The position numbers and the translations under genes were made by a program. Source: Octopus bimaculoides (lineage: Eukaryota). Taken from it: a stretch of 64,000 nucleotides of DNA. Of this stretch, positions 13,348 through 24,499 are shown piece after piece (positions within the stretch are counted from its first letter, which is position 1; each line of letters opens with the position of its first letter). Below the pieces are notes generated by a model. The model saw only the letters and a program-made list of their open reading frames with translations. It did not search any database and was not told the DNA's origin. Where the stretch lies: assembly GCF_001194135.2 (NCBI RefSeq), contig NC_068983.1, forward strand, positions 146,384,884 to 146,448,883. Direction: 5' to 3'.

Positions 13348-14848
13348 CTGCCAAGATATATAAAACATTTATTAATACTGTATTTTATAAAATAATAATT
13401 AAATTTGATTGAAGGAGTGAGGCATAATTTATATAACAAAGAGTAAACATTCATTCTCTCTCCCATTTTTTTTCTCTTCATCTGAGAGACTGATGTCATT
13501 GAGGCATATTTTCTATGGGTGGATGTCCTTCCTGTTACCAATCCTCATCTGTTTCCAAGAAAGGTAATAGTTCCCCAACACTAGACATGTTTTTAAGAAA
13601 GATTGGTAATGAACAACATTGCTCGCATGATAAAGATGCTCATTTACAAACCATCACATGACATCAAGGTAAGGTACACTCCCCATCCCATATATATATA
13701 TATATATATTTGTCCACGTTAGTGGTCGACGTTATTTTTTAAAATGTACCTTAATCCCCTGAGATTGCAGATAATATTTCTGAATCTCTTTGATTCTTTA
13801 AATGTGCTGGCCCCCTGATAATTAATCGATATTAATTAATATATTAATATATGACTAATTACCAGATCTTATAATAATATTTACCCATTACTCATACTGA
13901 ATATNNNNNNNNNNNNNNNNNNNNNNNNNNNNNNNNNNNNNNNNNNNNNNNNNNNNNNNNNNNNNNNNNNNNNNNNNNNNNNNNNNNNNNNNNNNNNNNN
14001 NNNNNNNNNNNNNNNNNNNNNNNNNNNNNNNNNNNNNNNNNNNNNNNNNNNNNNNNNNNNNNNNNNNNNNNNNNNNNNNNNNNNNNNNNNNNNNNNNNNN
14101 NNNNNNNNNNNNNNNNNNNNNNNNNNNNNNNNNNNNNNNNNNNNNNNNNNNNNNNNNNNNNNNNNNNNNNNNNNNNNNNNNNNNNNNNNNNNNNNNNNNN
14201 NNNNNNNNNNNNNNNNNNNNNNNNNNNNNNNNNNNNNNNNNNNNNNNNNNNNNNNNNNNNNNNNNNNNNNNNNNNNNNNNNNNNNNNNNNNNNNNNNNNN
14301 NNNNNNNNNNNNNNNNNNNNNNNNNNNNNNNNNNNNNNNNNNNNNNNNNNNNNNNNNNNNNNNNNNNNNNNNNNNNNNNNNNNNNNNNNNNNNNNNNNNN
14401 NNNNNNNNNNNNNNNNNNNNNNNNNNNNNNNNNNNNNNNNNNNNNNNNNNNNNNNNNNNNNNNNNNNNNNNNNNNNNNNNNNNNNNNNNNNNNNNNNNNN
14501 NNNNNNNNNNNNNNNNNNNNNNNNNNNNNNNNNNNNNNNNNNNNNNNNNNNNNNNNNNNNNNNNNNNNNNNNNNNNNNNNNNNNNNNNNNNNNNNNNNNN
14601 NNNNNNNNNNNNNNNNNNNNNNNNNNNNNNNNNNNNNNNNNNNNNNNNNNNNNNNNNNNNNNNNNNNNNNNNNNNNNNNNNNNNNNNNNNNNNNNNNNNN
14701 NNNNNNNNNNNNNNNNNNNNNNNNNNNNNNNNNNNNNNNNNNNNNNNNNNNNNNNNNNNNNNNNNNNNNNNNNNNNNNNNNNNNNNNNNNNNNNNNNNNN
14801 NNNNNNNNNNNNNNNNNNNNNNNNNNNNNNNNNNNNNNNNNNNNNNNT

Positions 14849-14950
14849 ATATATTTAATACTGTGAAACTTAATTTAATTTTAATTTTTAATAAATTGAT
14901 TTTAATTGGGTTTTTACCTGTAAATTTGGATTTTTATCCCTAATATTATT
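14849..14950. repeat. interspersed AT-rich repeat (inverted copy at about 34270-34370)
   Basis: actgtgaaact..ttacctgtaaatttggatttttatccctaatatt is the reverse complement of 34270-34365. Confidence 0.8.
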
Positions 14951-15398
14951 ATATATATATGTCTTTATGTCAACTTAACATATTTTGTTAAAACACCAAG
15001 TACTGCATTATTTACCTATAATGCAGTATTCGGTGTTCTAAACACCTAAGTTAAGATGGACATAAAGATTGCCTTTTGGTAATAATACTGCTTCTGTTGC
15101 TATCAGTTATAAATATATAAATATGTGTCTGTGTGTGAAAGTTTATATTTATATGTTTAATGTTACTTCATGTAAATGAAATATTACAATAAGTTATATG
15201 TTGAAAGAGCTCATAATGAATAAGATCACATTTAAAAAATTTGGACTATCAGCTGAAAAAAGCTGGGAAGAAAAGAAGAAAAGACATTCAGACGGTGATA
15301 ACTCATTATCATGTAGTTGTAAAGCTGAGGTTTGTTATTACATTGTGGATGCTTTTATACATAGTGCAGTAATGTTATTTATGTTAATATCTACATAC

Positions 15399-15483
15399 CT
15401 GTTTTCCATCTGGTCTCAGTACTTCATTGGCAGTAACTTGATTTACTGAATCCAACAACAGACGAATTGCATTAGCAATGTCT
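15399..15483 (-). CDS. PDCD10: PDCD10 coding exon 5 (DIANAIRLLLDSVNQVTANEVLRPDGKQ)
   Basis: Long pyrimidine tract ending ttccag, 85 nt, donor CAG|GTATGT. Matches human DIASAIKELLDTVNNV. Confidence 0.96.
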
Positions 15484-16953
15484 CTGGAAAAAAGAGAAAA
15501 AAGATTGGAATATGAATATATTTACTGAAAGATAAGGATATTATATGTCACTTCATGAATTGTAAAATATGGGGAAAAAATAGTTTGTAAGTATTTCAGT
15601 GTATGTGCCTAATCTAGAACGTTGCATTTATTCTGGAAGTTTTATAGATATTTTGAATAAAATCAGTGGTTCAAATACGGAATTCTGCTAGCAAACACTT
15701 GCTTACTGTTGATGTATCTAAAACATAGTAATACAATGAAATACAATGAAAATAATTTTAATCATATGACACAAACTTGAAGAGGATCTACTGTTAGGCA
15801 AAGAAATGGTATGGAGCAAGTATAGCACCAACTGGTAATATTTGCATCTGCAAGTTGTTTGCAAAAAAAATTTGGCATGTGCTCAAATATATGAAGAGCA
15901 TGAAAGTACCATATAACCAAGCAGTCCATACCTTGTAACTGTCACTGACTATGTTGTATCTCTGACCAAGACAAGTAACTCTCAAATAACAAAGACCATG
16001 AAGTCATGAATAGGAAATGCTAGATAAAAGCCACTTGCTGCAATAAGCAGTGACTGCAATAAAGAGAACTAACAAAAGTTTTAGAAGTTTGCAGTGTTGC
16101 AGCTAGACTAATATACTTTAGATACATTACATGGAAACTGAATTTTTTGAGGTATCTCAAGAATGAATTCAGTCATGTGACTCACTAGTTACTATATAGC
16201 AAGGGTTTTCCACAGAAAAGACGAGTGAGCTTATGTCCAATTTCATACAAAATCTTGTATTTATCTTCCAAACATTAATATTATATATTTAGAATTTTAA
16301 GGAATACTGAGATCAACCTATATCTGAAAAATACTTTTTCTCAGGACATATATAGTACATAAAGATATTAATAGATTTTGAAATATTAATGTTGTTGCAA
16401 GGAACATACTTGCACAACTAATCTTGAGATGCCCTTTGCTATTAGTTTATATATTTACTTAACATAAGTCCGTAAAAATTGTTCAAAACAGAATAAGCAG
16501 CACAAGCCATTTAAGAGAATTTCCTTGGTAACCTTAAGTATATAGATTGCTTACAACCACATTTAATTTCACATGGGTAATTTTTCCAATATTTATGAAA
16601 AGTAAATGTTTTAATAATTCTTTTGATTCTCATATCTTAATGTATAATTGCATTCATATTTTCTGTTAATCTTAAGAATATATTTTGTCATGTGTTGCAT
16701 TATATATTATACAGTATATTCTCTAAAAAAAAAAAAAAATTCTTGCATTTAAATAGCATCTATTCTGCAAGTTTTATAGAAATTTTGAATAAAATCAAAG
16801 CTTTGAGAAGTGTTTATTTTTCAATGTTTTAGAAATTTGCAAGGCTTATGGAGTTGTAAGGGGAAATAAGTGATGCAGCTTAAAGAGTTAAATACTTGTT
16901 ATAACAGACAACCTAATTTATCAAAAATACATCTATATATTAATACAATAGTT

Positions 16954-17507
16954 GGATCTTTTTTAAAACGAGGGCCACATTTTTCATTAATGTTTTACGT
17001 AGTGTTTTTGGTACCGAAAGACTTTCAAACTTCGTATACTTATCTATTTTGTGTTATAGAACAGAAAAATATTTTTGTATTCGAATTTATTTCATGTAAA
17101 AAATTGTCTTATTTCGATAATTTCAACCAATCACTGACGTCCATTCAGCCGATATACATTAAGTGCCGACTACATAAACAAACGATTCTTCGTTTTATTT
17201 GCTTTTTTCATTTTAAATTTGCTTTAACCCTAATCCTAACCCTAGGGTTAGGGTTAGGGTTAGGGTTAATTGTTTCAGAATCGTTTGTTTATGTAGTCGG
17301 CACTTAATGTATATCGGCTGAATGGACGTCAGTGATTGGTTGAAATTACAGAAATACGACAACTTTAACATGGAATAATTTATGGATTTCTTTTTTTTTT
17401 AAGAAGACTAAGAGAAAAAGATGTTTTATATGACACATTCTACCAGTGTTCCGAGTTTCAAAGTGTTTCGTTAATGAAAAATGTGGCCCCCGTTTTAAAA
17501 AAGATCC
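16954..17507. mobile_element. MITE (Merlin-like) with telomeric-repeat core, copy 1
   Basis: TIR GGATCTTTTTTAAAACGRGGGCCACATTTTTCATTAA; perfect 8-bp TSD CAATAGTT; internal inverted repeat of about 70 bp; central (CCCTAA)-CCCTAGGG-(TTAGGG). Confidence 0.92.
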
Positions 17508-18859
17508 CAATAGTTCTTTATTTTCTATTGACATTTTGAGTAATACTCTAGAATCCTTTTGAAAAATGAAACTTTTTACTTACAAAAAAGTTTACACTTT
17601 TATCTTGGCAGATTTGAACTCAGCACATAAACAACTGGAATAAATACTGCAAAGCATTTTTTCCAGTATTGTAATGATTCTGCTTGTTTTCTATCTCAAA
17701 TAATAATCTATACATTAATTAATATAACGGTATCTTCCTACCTTTCGGGTCATAATCCAGAAATTTTATTTGAAAGAAGAAACTTATAACTTAGAGAAAA
17801 GTGACGTTAAAAGATGATGATGATGATGATGATGATGTTTAATGCCACTTCATTTAAATGAAATATTGCAATAAATTATAGACGTAATAAGTGAAAGGAA
17901 ATACAAGAAAATAATATTTTTATATTATTACTGAGGAAAATTTAATCAGTTGTGTCCATTATGTTCCTATGTGTACTTTAATTTAAAGGATAATCATTAA
18001 TGAAGAAAGTAAATATTGAACTTGTTTAATCAACAGACCTTGTAAGCTGATAAGGATTATATTTTTACAAGGAACAGTATTAATAAATAAGTTGTGTTCA
18101 TGTAGTTATATCCATGAGCAAATCTATGGGATTTTTACAAGTTTCATTAGTATAAAGTAATGCAAGAAGAATCATTATTTGTTAACCTACATAAACTAGC
18201 TCATTCAGATTCCTCTACTTCATATTTTAATACCTCGCCACACAGAATAGAAATCAGAAGATGTTCAGATAAGCAACTGTGTTTTCCAACCTAGCACACA
18301 TCTAAAACCTCTTTTGCAGCACAAATTATAATTACTTAATTATTTCATTTCATTATGTATGTAAACACAGTTTCATCTTCTATGCCGTATGTTTAGAGAA
18401 AAAAACTTAAGATCCCTTCGCTCAACCCAACTCTCCCTCTTTCTCCCTTCTCCCTCTCTTTCACGCTCATTTATTATTGTAATTTATTCATTCATTTATC
18501 TAATTTTGTCACAGTTTGGTTTGACCGAAAACTGTTGGTTATAGCTCTAGTCAAGAATTCAAATGCCCAATTCTATCTCATTATTATCATTAATATTTTC
18601 TCACACCAGCAGCCTGAGTTTTTGTTGTTTCGCAGTGCACCTGCCCTTCCCACCCCCCACCACATGTACTGGAAATCTCTACCCTCTGACCTCTATTGGA
18701 CATCTCTCCCACGAACACCTCCAAAGGCTTAATGTTCCCACAACCCTACTTAGAGTTCATCTCCTATGTAATGTAGTGATTATGTAGCGCATAAAATGAT
18801 GGTGTAGGGTATGCAGGTTGAAGGCTATTGTATGTTTATGAGTTCTGCCAAATGCAAGC

Positions 18860-20162
18860 ATTCTTTTCACATACATGATGCTGCTGTCTCCTATCCCAGG
18901 GTCTCACAGGCCCCACACCCTCAGAGTTGGCACACTGAAACGTAGGTCTGGTGAGATTGTTGAGATGCTTGGATGGAAATGTGTAGATTTGTGCTGCATC
19001 CAAGAAGTAAGGTGGAAAGGAAGTTCTGCTAGAACTCCTACCTCTGCTGGTGACAAAGGGCCTCTTGCTCAGTGTAAAAGGTAAACTGTGTGATGCATGT
19101 GTGCGAAGAGCCATACTACGCGGCAGTGAAACATGGGCCATGACTGCTGAGGATATGTGTATGCTTGCAAAGAATGACGCTAGTATGTGTAATGTCAGTG
19201 TGCATACATGACAGAGTGTCAGCACTCTGAGAGAAAAGTTGGGCCTAAGAAGCATCAGATGTGGTGTGTAAGAGAGATGATTGTGATGATGTGGTCATGT
19301 GTTGCATAAGGATGAGGATAGCTGTGTGAAAAAGAGTCACACCCTAGTAGTAGGGGGAATCTGTGGAAGAGGTAGACCTGGGATGAGGTGGTGAAGCATG
19401 ACTTTCGAACATTGGGTCTCATGGAGGCAATGACAAGTGACTGAGACCTTCAGAGATATGCTGTGCTTGAGAAGACCCAGTAAGCCAAATGAGACCGTAA
19501 CCATGGCTTATGCCAGTGCAGCATAACTGGCCCATTTAATCTTCAATCACTGGGCAATCGACTGTACTTGTGAAGGCCTGTTGAGCCAAATGAAGTCATT
19601 GTCATGACTGATAACAGTACCGCCTGATTGACACCTGTGCTGGTGGCATGTAAAAAGCACCATTCGAGCGTAGCCAATACCAGCGCCACCTGACTGATCC
19701 TGTGCTGGTGGCATATAAAAAGCACCATTCAAGCATGGTCGTTACCAGTGCCTCCTGACTGGCTCCCATGCTGGTGGCATGTAAAAAGCAACATTCTAGC
19801 GTGGTCGATGCCAGTGCCGGCTGACTGATCCCGTACTGGTGGCATGTAAAAAGCACCATTCGAGCGTGGTTGTTGCCAGTGCTGCCTGATTGGCTCCCAT
19901 TCCAATGACATGTAAAATGCATCATTCAAGCATAGTCGATGCCAGTACTGCCTGACTGGCCCTTGTGCCAGTGGCACGTAAACAGCACCCACTACACTCT
20001 CAGAGTGGTTGGCGTTAGAAAGGATATCCAGCTGTAGAAACTTTGCCAGATCAGATCGAAGCCTAGTGCAGCCTTCTGTCTTGCCAGCCCCCAATCAAAC
20101 TGTCCAACCCATGCCAGCATGGAAAGCAGGCATTAAATGACAACGATGATGATGATGATGAT
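18860..20162 (+). mobile_element. internally deleted RTE (endonuclease N-terminus fused to ORF2 C-terminus, 3'UTR tandem repeats, (GAT)n tail)
   Basis: TLRVGTLK..SGEIVEML..DLCCIQEVRWKGSSAR is joined at about 19030 to agaactcctacctctgctggtgacaaagggc (ELLPLLVTKG). About seven roughly 60-bp 3'UTR units lie at 19600-19990. Confidence 0.88.
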
Positions 20163-20180
20163 TTTCAAAAAGTAACTTAC

Positions 20181-20307
20181 TTTATAGCTTCCAGGAATAG
20201 TTTTCTGTCATATATTTGGTCAGGAATTTTACTAAGGATCTTTTTCAAATCAATTGCTCTTTGATTAAATTCCTGGAATCTTGGTTCTGGACGGGTTATT
20301 TTGAACT
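20181..20307 (-). CDS. PDCD10: PDCD10 coding exon 4 ([43 protein letters not shown])
   Basis: Acceptor tttcttttcatag, 127 nt, donor AA|GTAAGT. Strong match to human [43 protein letters not shown]. Confidence 0.97.
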
Positions 20308-21948
20308 CTATGAAAAGAAACATCAGAAAATAAAATAACCAAGATGAAAAAACAAAAAAATTAGAAAAGGGAAAAGAAAGAAAAATGGAAAAATTATACT
20401 AAATACAATAAGATCAGTATGAATTCTTGCAGGTTTGCAGTTTTTAAAAAAATAACAAAATAAAAACAAAGAGTTCCAGTTTTGAGGAAGGAAGATTACA
20501 AATAGTACGTAGCATGAGGGTGGGGTTGGGTTAAAACAGAGTGGGTGATAAGAAAAGAATTTAATTGGATTAGTTTAGCTTCATGTGGCATATAATCAAC
20601 AGATTCAGAAGAGCAGACACCAACAGAAAATAAAATATAAAAGACCTGACTTCAATTAATTTTTCTTACATCTGTGTTGTTAGCATATTTTATATGAGTG
20701 TTCAAAGGAACATAAACTGAAAAATTATAACTTGTTTTTTTTTTTGAATAACCAAGTTCTGTTTTATTGTCAATTTCAAAGCAACCATCTTCTGCATGAA
20801 ATATGCTTTGTAAAGATACCTTGACTACAAAGGTCTTTTTTTTTTTTACTGTATATTTATTTACTTTTTAGCTTGTAATAAGATTTTTTTTAACTATTTA
20901 AGTTGGTATTAACATATTTAATGCAGTGAGGAAAAGATAGCTTAATTTCTAGTATTATTTTAATCACTTCAGCAAATGGGATACAACTCCAGACATACTT
21001 CCGTCTTATTAGACCTCCTCAGTAAAGTATAGACATTCACCCTAATTACCAAAGTAGCGAAGAGAGAATTTCTAAGTAGATATATGATATTAGGTAACTC
21101 CCATACCTAAAAAAAAATAGATGTATCACATTCTTAATCTTTTTTCTTCACAACATAATTATTTTACAAACCTTATGATATATAAAATATACTAAATAGG
21201 TTTTAAATAAAGATGGCATCCCTAAATAATTTTTCCTTGGTGATTTATTTTTAAAGTATTCAGGAAGAAAGTTTATCTGAGTCCTGTTTCAAGTTTCTGC
21301 TACTTGAATTTGCTTCACTGATGTTTGAACAATAAATAATGAGTGTAGCTTGGATGAATGGGTAAAAAAGTTCACTGTGCAATCAATGAGGTCCATGGTA
21401 TCTCGAGCAAGAGTCATTTACCATAGCTTTGGACTGACTCAAGAAGCTTTGTATGTGAAATTGCATAGATAGAAACTGACTATCAGATGGATTGGATTTT
21501 ACCTACAACACCATGTAACAGGATTTTTGTTCTTGGATAACAACTGTTATTTCCTATTTGCTTGTCCCTAGAAAGTATGAAAAATGGCTAATATCTCCTT
21601 CAAACTTTGCTTTTGTTATATTTATTCAAACCCCCCAAAATCCCTCTCAACACATGGCTATGATGTTCCTCCACTACTCCTGCTCATGATCAGAAATGCA
21701 CATATTTCAGCCATAAAGGGACATGCTCAAGTGGTTACAGTCAAGCAACTGACAAGGAAATCTGTGGTATTGAGCAGAATATTTGCTATAATGATATTCC
21801 TGCTTCAGCACTGAATCTGTCTGAAAGGTAATGGAAAATAGGTCTGTTTAAAAACATTGATGTTCAGTATTATTCTATATTTTTGAGATGAGGAATTATG
21901 TACATTATTTACAATGGACAGACAGGTGTCCTCATCTTGTCTGTTGTT

Positions 21949-21994
21949 ATCACAACATTTCAACTGATGCACTCTCCAACCTTCATCAGGCGTT
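21949..21994 (-). ncRNA. degenerate type I hammerhead ribozyme motif (sense to PDCD10 pre-mRNA)
   Basis: AACGC CTGATGA A GGTTG gagagtgcat CAGTT GAAA TGTT GTGAT. Core boxes are intact, but stems II and III are decayed. Confidence 0.5.
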
Positions 21995-22360
21995 CTCGTG
22001 GAATTTTGAATCCATCCCTTTAATTGACTAATGGGGTGCACTGTTCTCATTCCTAAGGTATGTTGCTAATGTTATTTTTCTGTGGATATTATTTTTCAAG
22101 TCCCTACCTGGGATTAAACTTAGAATCCAAGGGTTAGTAGCCTGTGCTCTTATCCACTACACTATATGCCCACAGGCAATCTAAATTTAATCCCAGGCAG
22201 GGACTTGATAAAATAATATCAACAAAATCATGGTGGTGCATCAGCATGGCCACAGCTCTAAGCTGAAACTTAAAAAAAAAAAAAATTAGTAACATATCTT
22301 AGGAATGAGAACAATGTACTCCATTAGTCAAATAAAGGGTTGGGTTGAAAATTCCACCAG

Positions 22361-22406
22361 AACACCTGATGGAGGCTGGAGAGTACATCAGCCGAGACAT
22401 TGTGAT
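22361..22406 (+). ncRNA. degenerate type I hammerhead ribozyme motif
   Basis: AACAC CTGATGG A GGCTG gagagtacat CAGCC GAGA CATT GTGAT. Stem II is perfect, with two core substitutions. Confidence 0.45.
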
Positions 22407-22900
22407 AACAACAAACAAGATGAGGACACCTATCCGTCCATTGTAAATAATTGATGTTCAGGTCACAAAAGCAAAGTTTGAAGGGAATATTAGTCATTCG
22501 TTTTGATTTCTAAATAGAAGCCAATAAGAAATATCACTTATTGATCACAGACAAAATAAATAAAAACTTTGTTACACAGTGTAATTTAACTCTTTAGCAT
22601 TCAGATTACTTTGTAAAATACTTATTCATTCACAGCGTTTTGAATTAATTGTAAGTTGAAGATGTGATTGTTCATTTTTAGAATGATATTGTAGAAGAGG
22701 TGTGACAGGCTGGACCTGACTAGTTTGAATGTAAAACAGGTAGAATATTTGGGCTTGATATGGCCAGTTAGCTCCACTCCTAGAATCTAGAAGATTTTTA
22801 AAAGCAAGTGTACTATCTTCTTTTTACCAATATTTATCCAAACTGTGCATCCATGAACATAAAAATACAGGCTACAGACTAAAACAAAATATATAGTTAC

Positions 22901-23027
22901 CTTCAAAGTCATTCAATCCTTCCAGCTTGAGTAGGGTTTCACACATCTCTATTTTATTATAAATTTCAGATTTTATTAATAAGGCTTTAACAAAGTCAAA
23001 AGCAAACCCTTTATACACAGCTTCCAC
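22901..23027 (-). CDS. PDCD10: PDCD10 coding exon 3 (VEAVYKGFAFDFVKALLIKSEIYNKIEMCETLLKLEGLNDFE)
   Basis: Acceptor ctctgttctctttcag, 127 nt, donor AAG|GTAACT. It starts in phase 0 and ends in phase 1, fitting both neighbours. Confidence 0.93.
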
Positions 23028-23239
23028 CTGAAAGAGAACAGAGATGGTAATTATTATTCAATAGAATGTGCATACACACACACACACACACACAACACAA
23101 AATTAATTAACAATATTTAATAAGACTTATTCTAAATTGAAAAAAACCCCAGCAATTGTGTAATCTGGGTTTGATCTGTACCAACATGTTATATATAGCT
23201 AGAAGACATGGTGTGCATGTCTGTGTGTATATCCTTTTT

Positions 23240-23665
23240 ATTACCATCATTTTAACATCCATTTTTATATGCTTGCATGGGTCAAAGTGAGCTTAATGAA
23301 GCAGATTTTCTACAGCTAGATGTCCTTCTTGTCACTTGCCTGTTTCCAAGCAAGATAACATTTCCCCATGGCCAGACATGTTCTTGCAGAACATTGTAAA
23401 TGAATAACTACTTGTATGACAGCGACACTCATTTACAACTGTCATATTATGTCAAGACAAGAAGACACAAGCACAGACTTTCACACACACACACACACAC
23501 ATACATGTACACATACACACACGTGACAAGCTTCTTTCAGTTTCTGCCTATGAAATCTATTCACAAGGCTTTGGTTGGCCAAACACTTGCCCAAGGGACT
23601 GAATTCGAATCTATGTGGTTGGGACCAAATTTCTTAACCACACAACCACCATTTGCTATGCCTGA
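23240..23665 (-). mobile_element. CORE-type tRNA SINE (family B) with RTE-like tail
   Basis: acacttgcccaagg (CORE-like) and aaatctattcacaaggctttggttggcc; homologous to 51955-52415. Confidence 0.75.
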
Positions 23666-23710
23666 ACCTATTATATATACACTCGCACATACATGTATAC
23701 ATATGTGCAC

Positions 23711-24366
23711 TAAGTTTGAATCCATAATGTATAAAGATGGAGTTGTCTCGTATACGTGTTTTCAGTATATATTAAAGCTACATAATTATGCATTCTTTAG
23801 TAATCCTGCTGATGAGCTACAGATGTCAAATTAATTTATTTGGTCATTAATAGCAAAACTTGAGTACAGAATTAACTAATATTTTTTCATTTTGTTCACT
23901 CTAATGCCATTAACAGCGTACCTTTCGAAATTCTTTTATCATGGTTTGGGTTTAACTACCCTTTTTAGCATGTGAGAAGTCCTGTCAAGGGTCTATTCTC
24001 TGTGCGTAAATTTTTATACACTCTTATATGTAAAAATACGTTATGTCTTATGACTTTTATTACACATGCGAACCACTGGCAATAAACTATTTTAATTTTT
24101 TACCCTCATATTTACACAGTAAAATTTTCCAATTGTGAAGCCACATAGTACACAGTTTAAATTTATTTACTGCTGGACTATTTGAATACACTCACCCAAT
24201 AAGTTTGAATCCATTATGCATAAAGATGGAGCTGTTTTGTGCATGTGTTTTCGATACGTATTAAAGCTACATAATTATGCATTTTTTAACAATCTTGCTG
24301 ACAAGCTATGGATGCCAAATTAATTTACTTGGTCATTAATAGCGCATCTTGAGTACAGGATTAACT
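23711..24366 (+). repeat. diverged 167-bp direct duplication (23711-23877 and 24200-24366)
   Basis: Both copies run taagtttgaatcca..aaagatggag..ttaaagctacataattatgcatt..ttgagtacag.attaact. Confidence 0.85.
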
Positions 24367-24499
24367 CTAGTGCCATTAACAACATAGCTTTATGAATTTA
24401 TGTATTTGATCACTATAAACAAATTATTTGTGCAGATTGTTCAGCAAGAAATTGCAGGACTGGCTTTCTCAGACTGTAAGAGAGTACCATATGTATATT

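Larger units (their letters stand above)
21560..22450. mobile_element. Penelope-like-derived non-autonomous element; fold-back 21905-22450 with hammerhead relics in both arms
   Basis: Diverged inverted arms at 21905-22122 and 22180-22450. Each carries a CTGATG(A/G)..stem..GA(A/G)A motif. The PLE assignment is inference. Confidence 0.55.

Noticed and set aside
16870-17307. 145-aa ORF repeated at 59398-59775 and 47641-47829 (..TLTLTL..LGLGLG)
   Set aside because: Read-through of the MITE; the LT/LG runs are translated telomeric repeats.
23800-23840. Other CTGATGA matches as hammerheads (also 27090, 35945, 41190)
   Set aside because: No stem II followed by GAAA.
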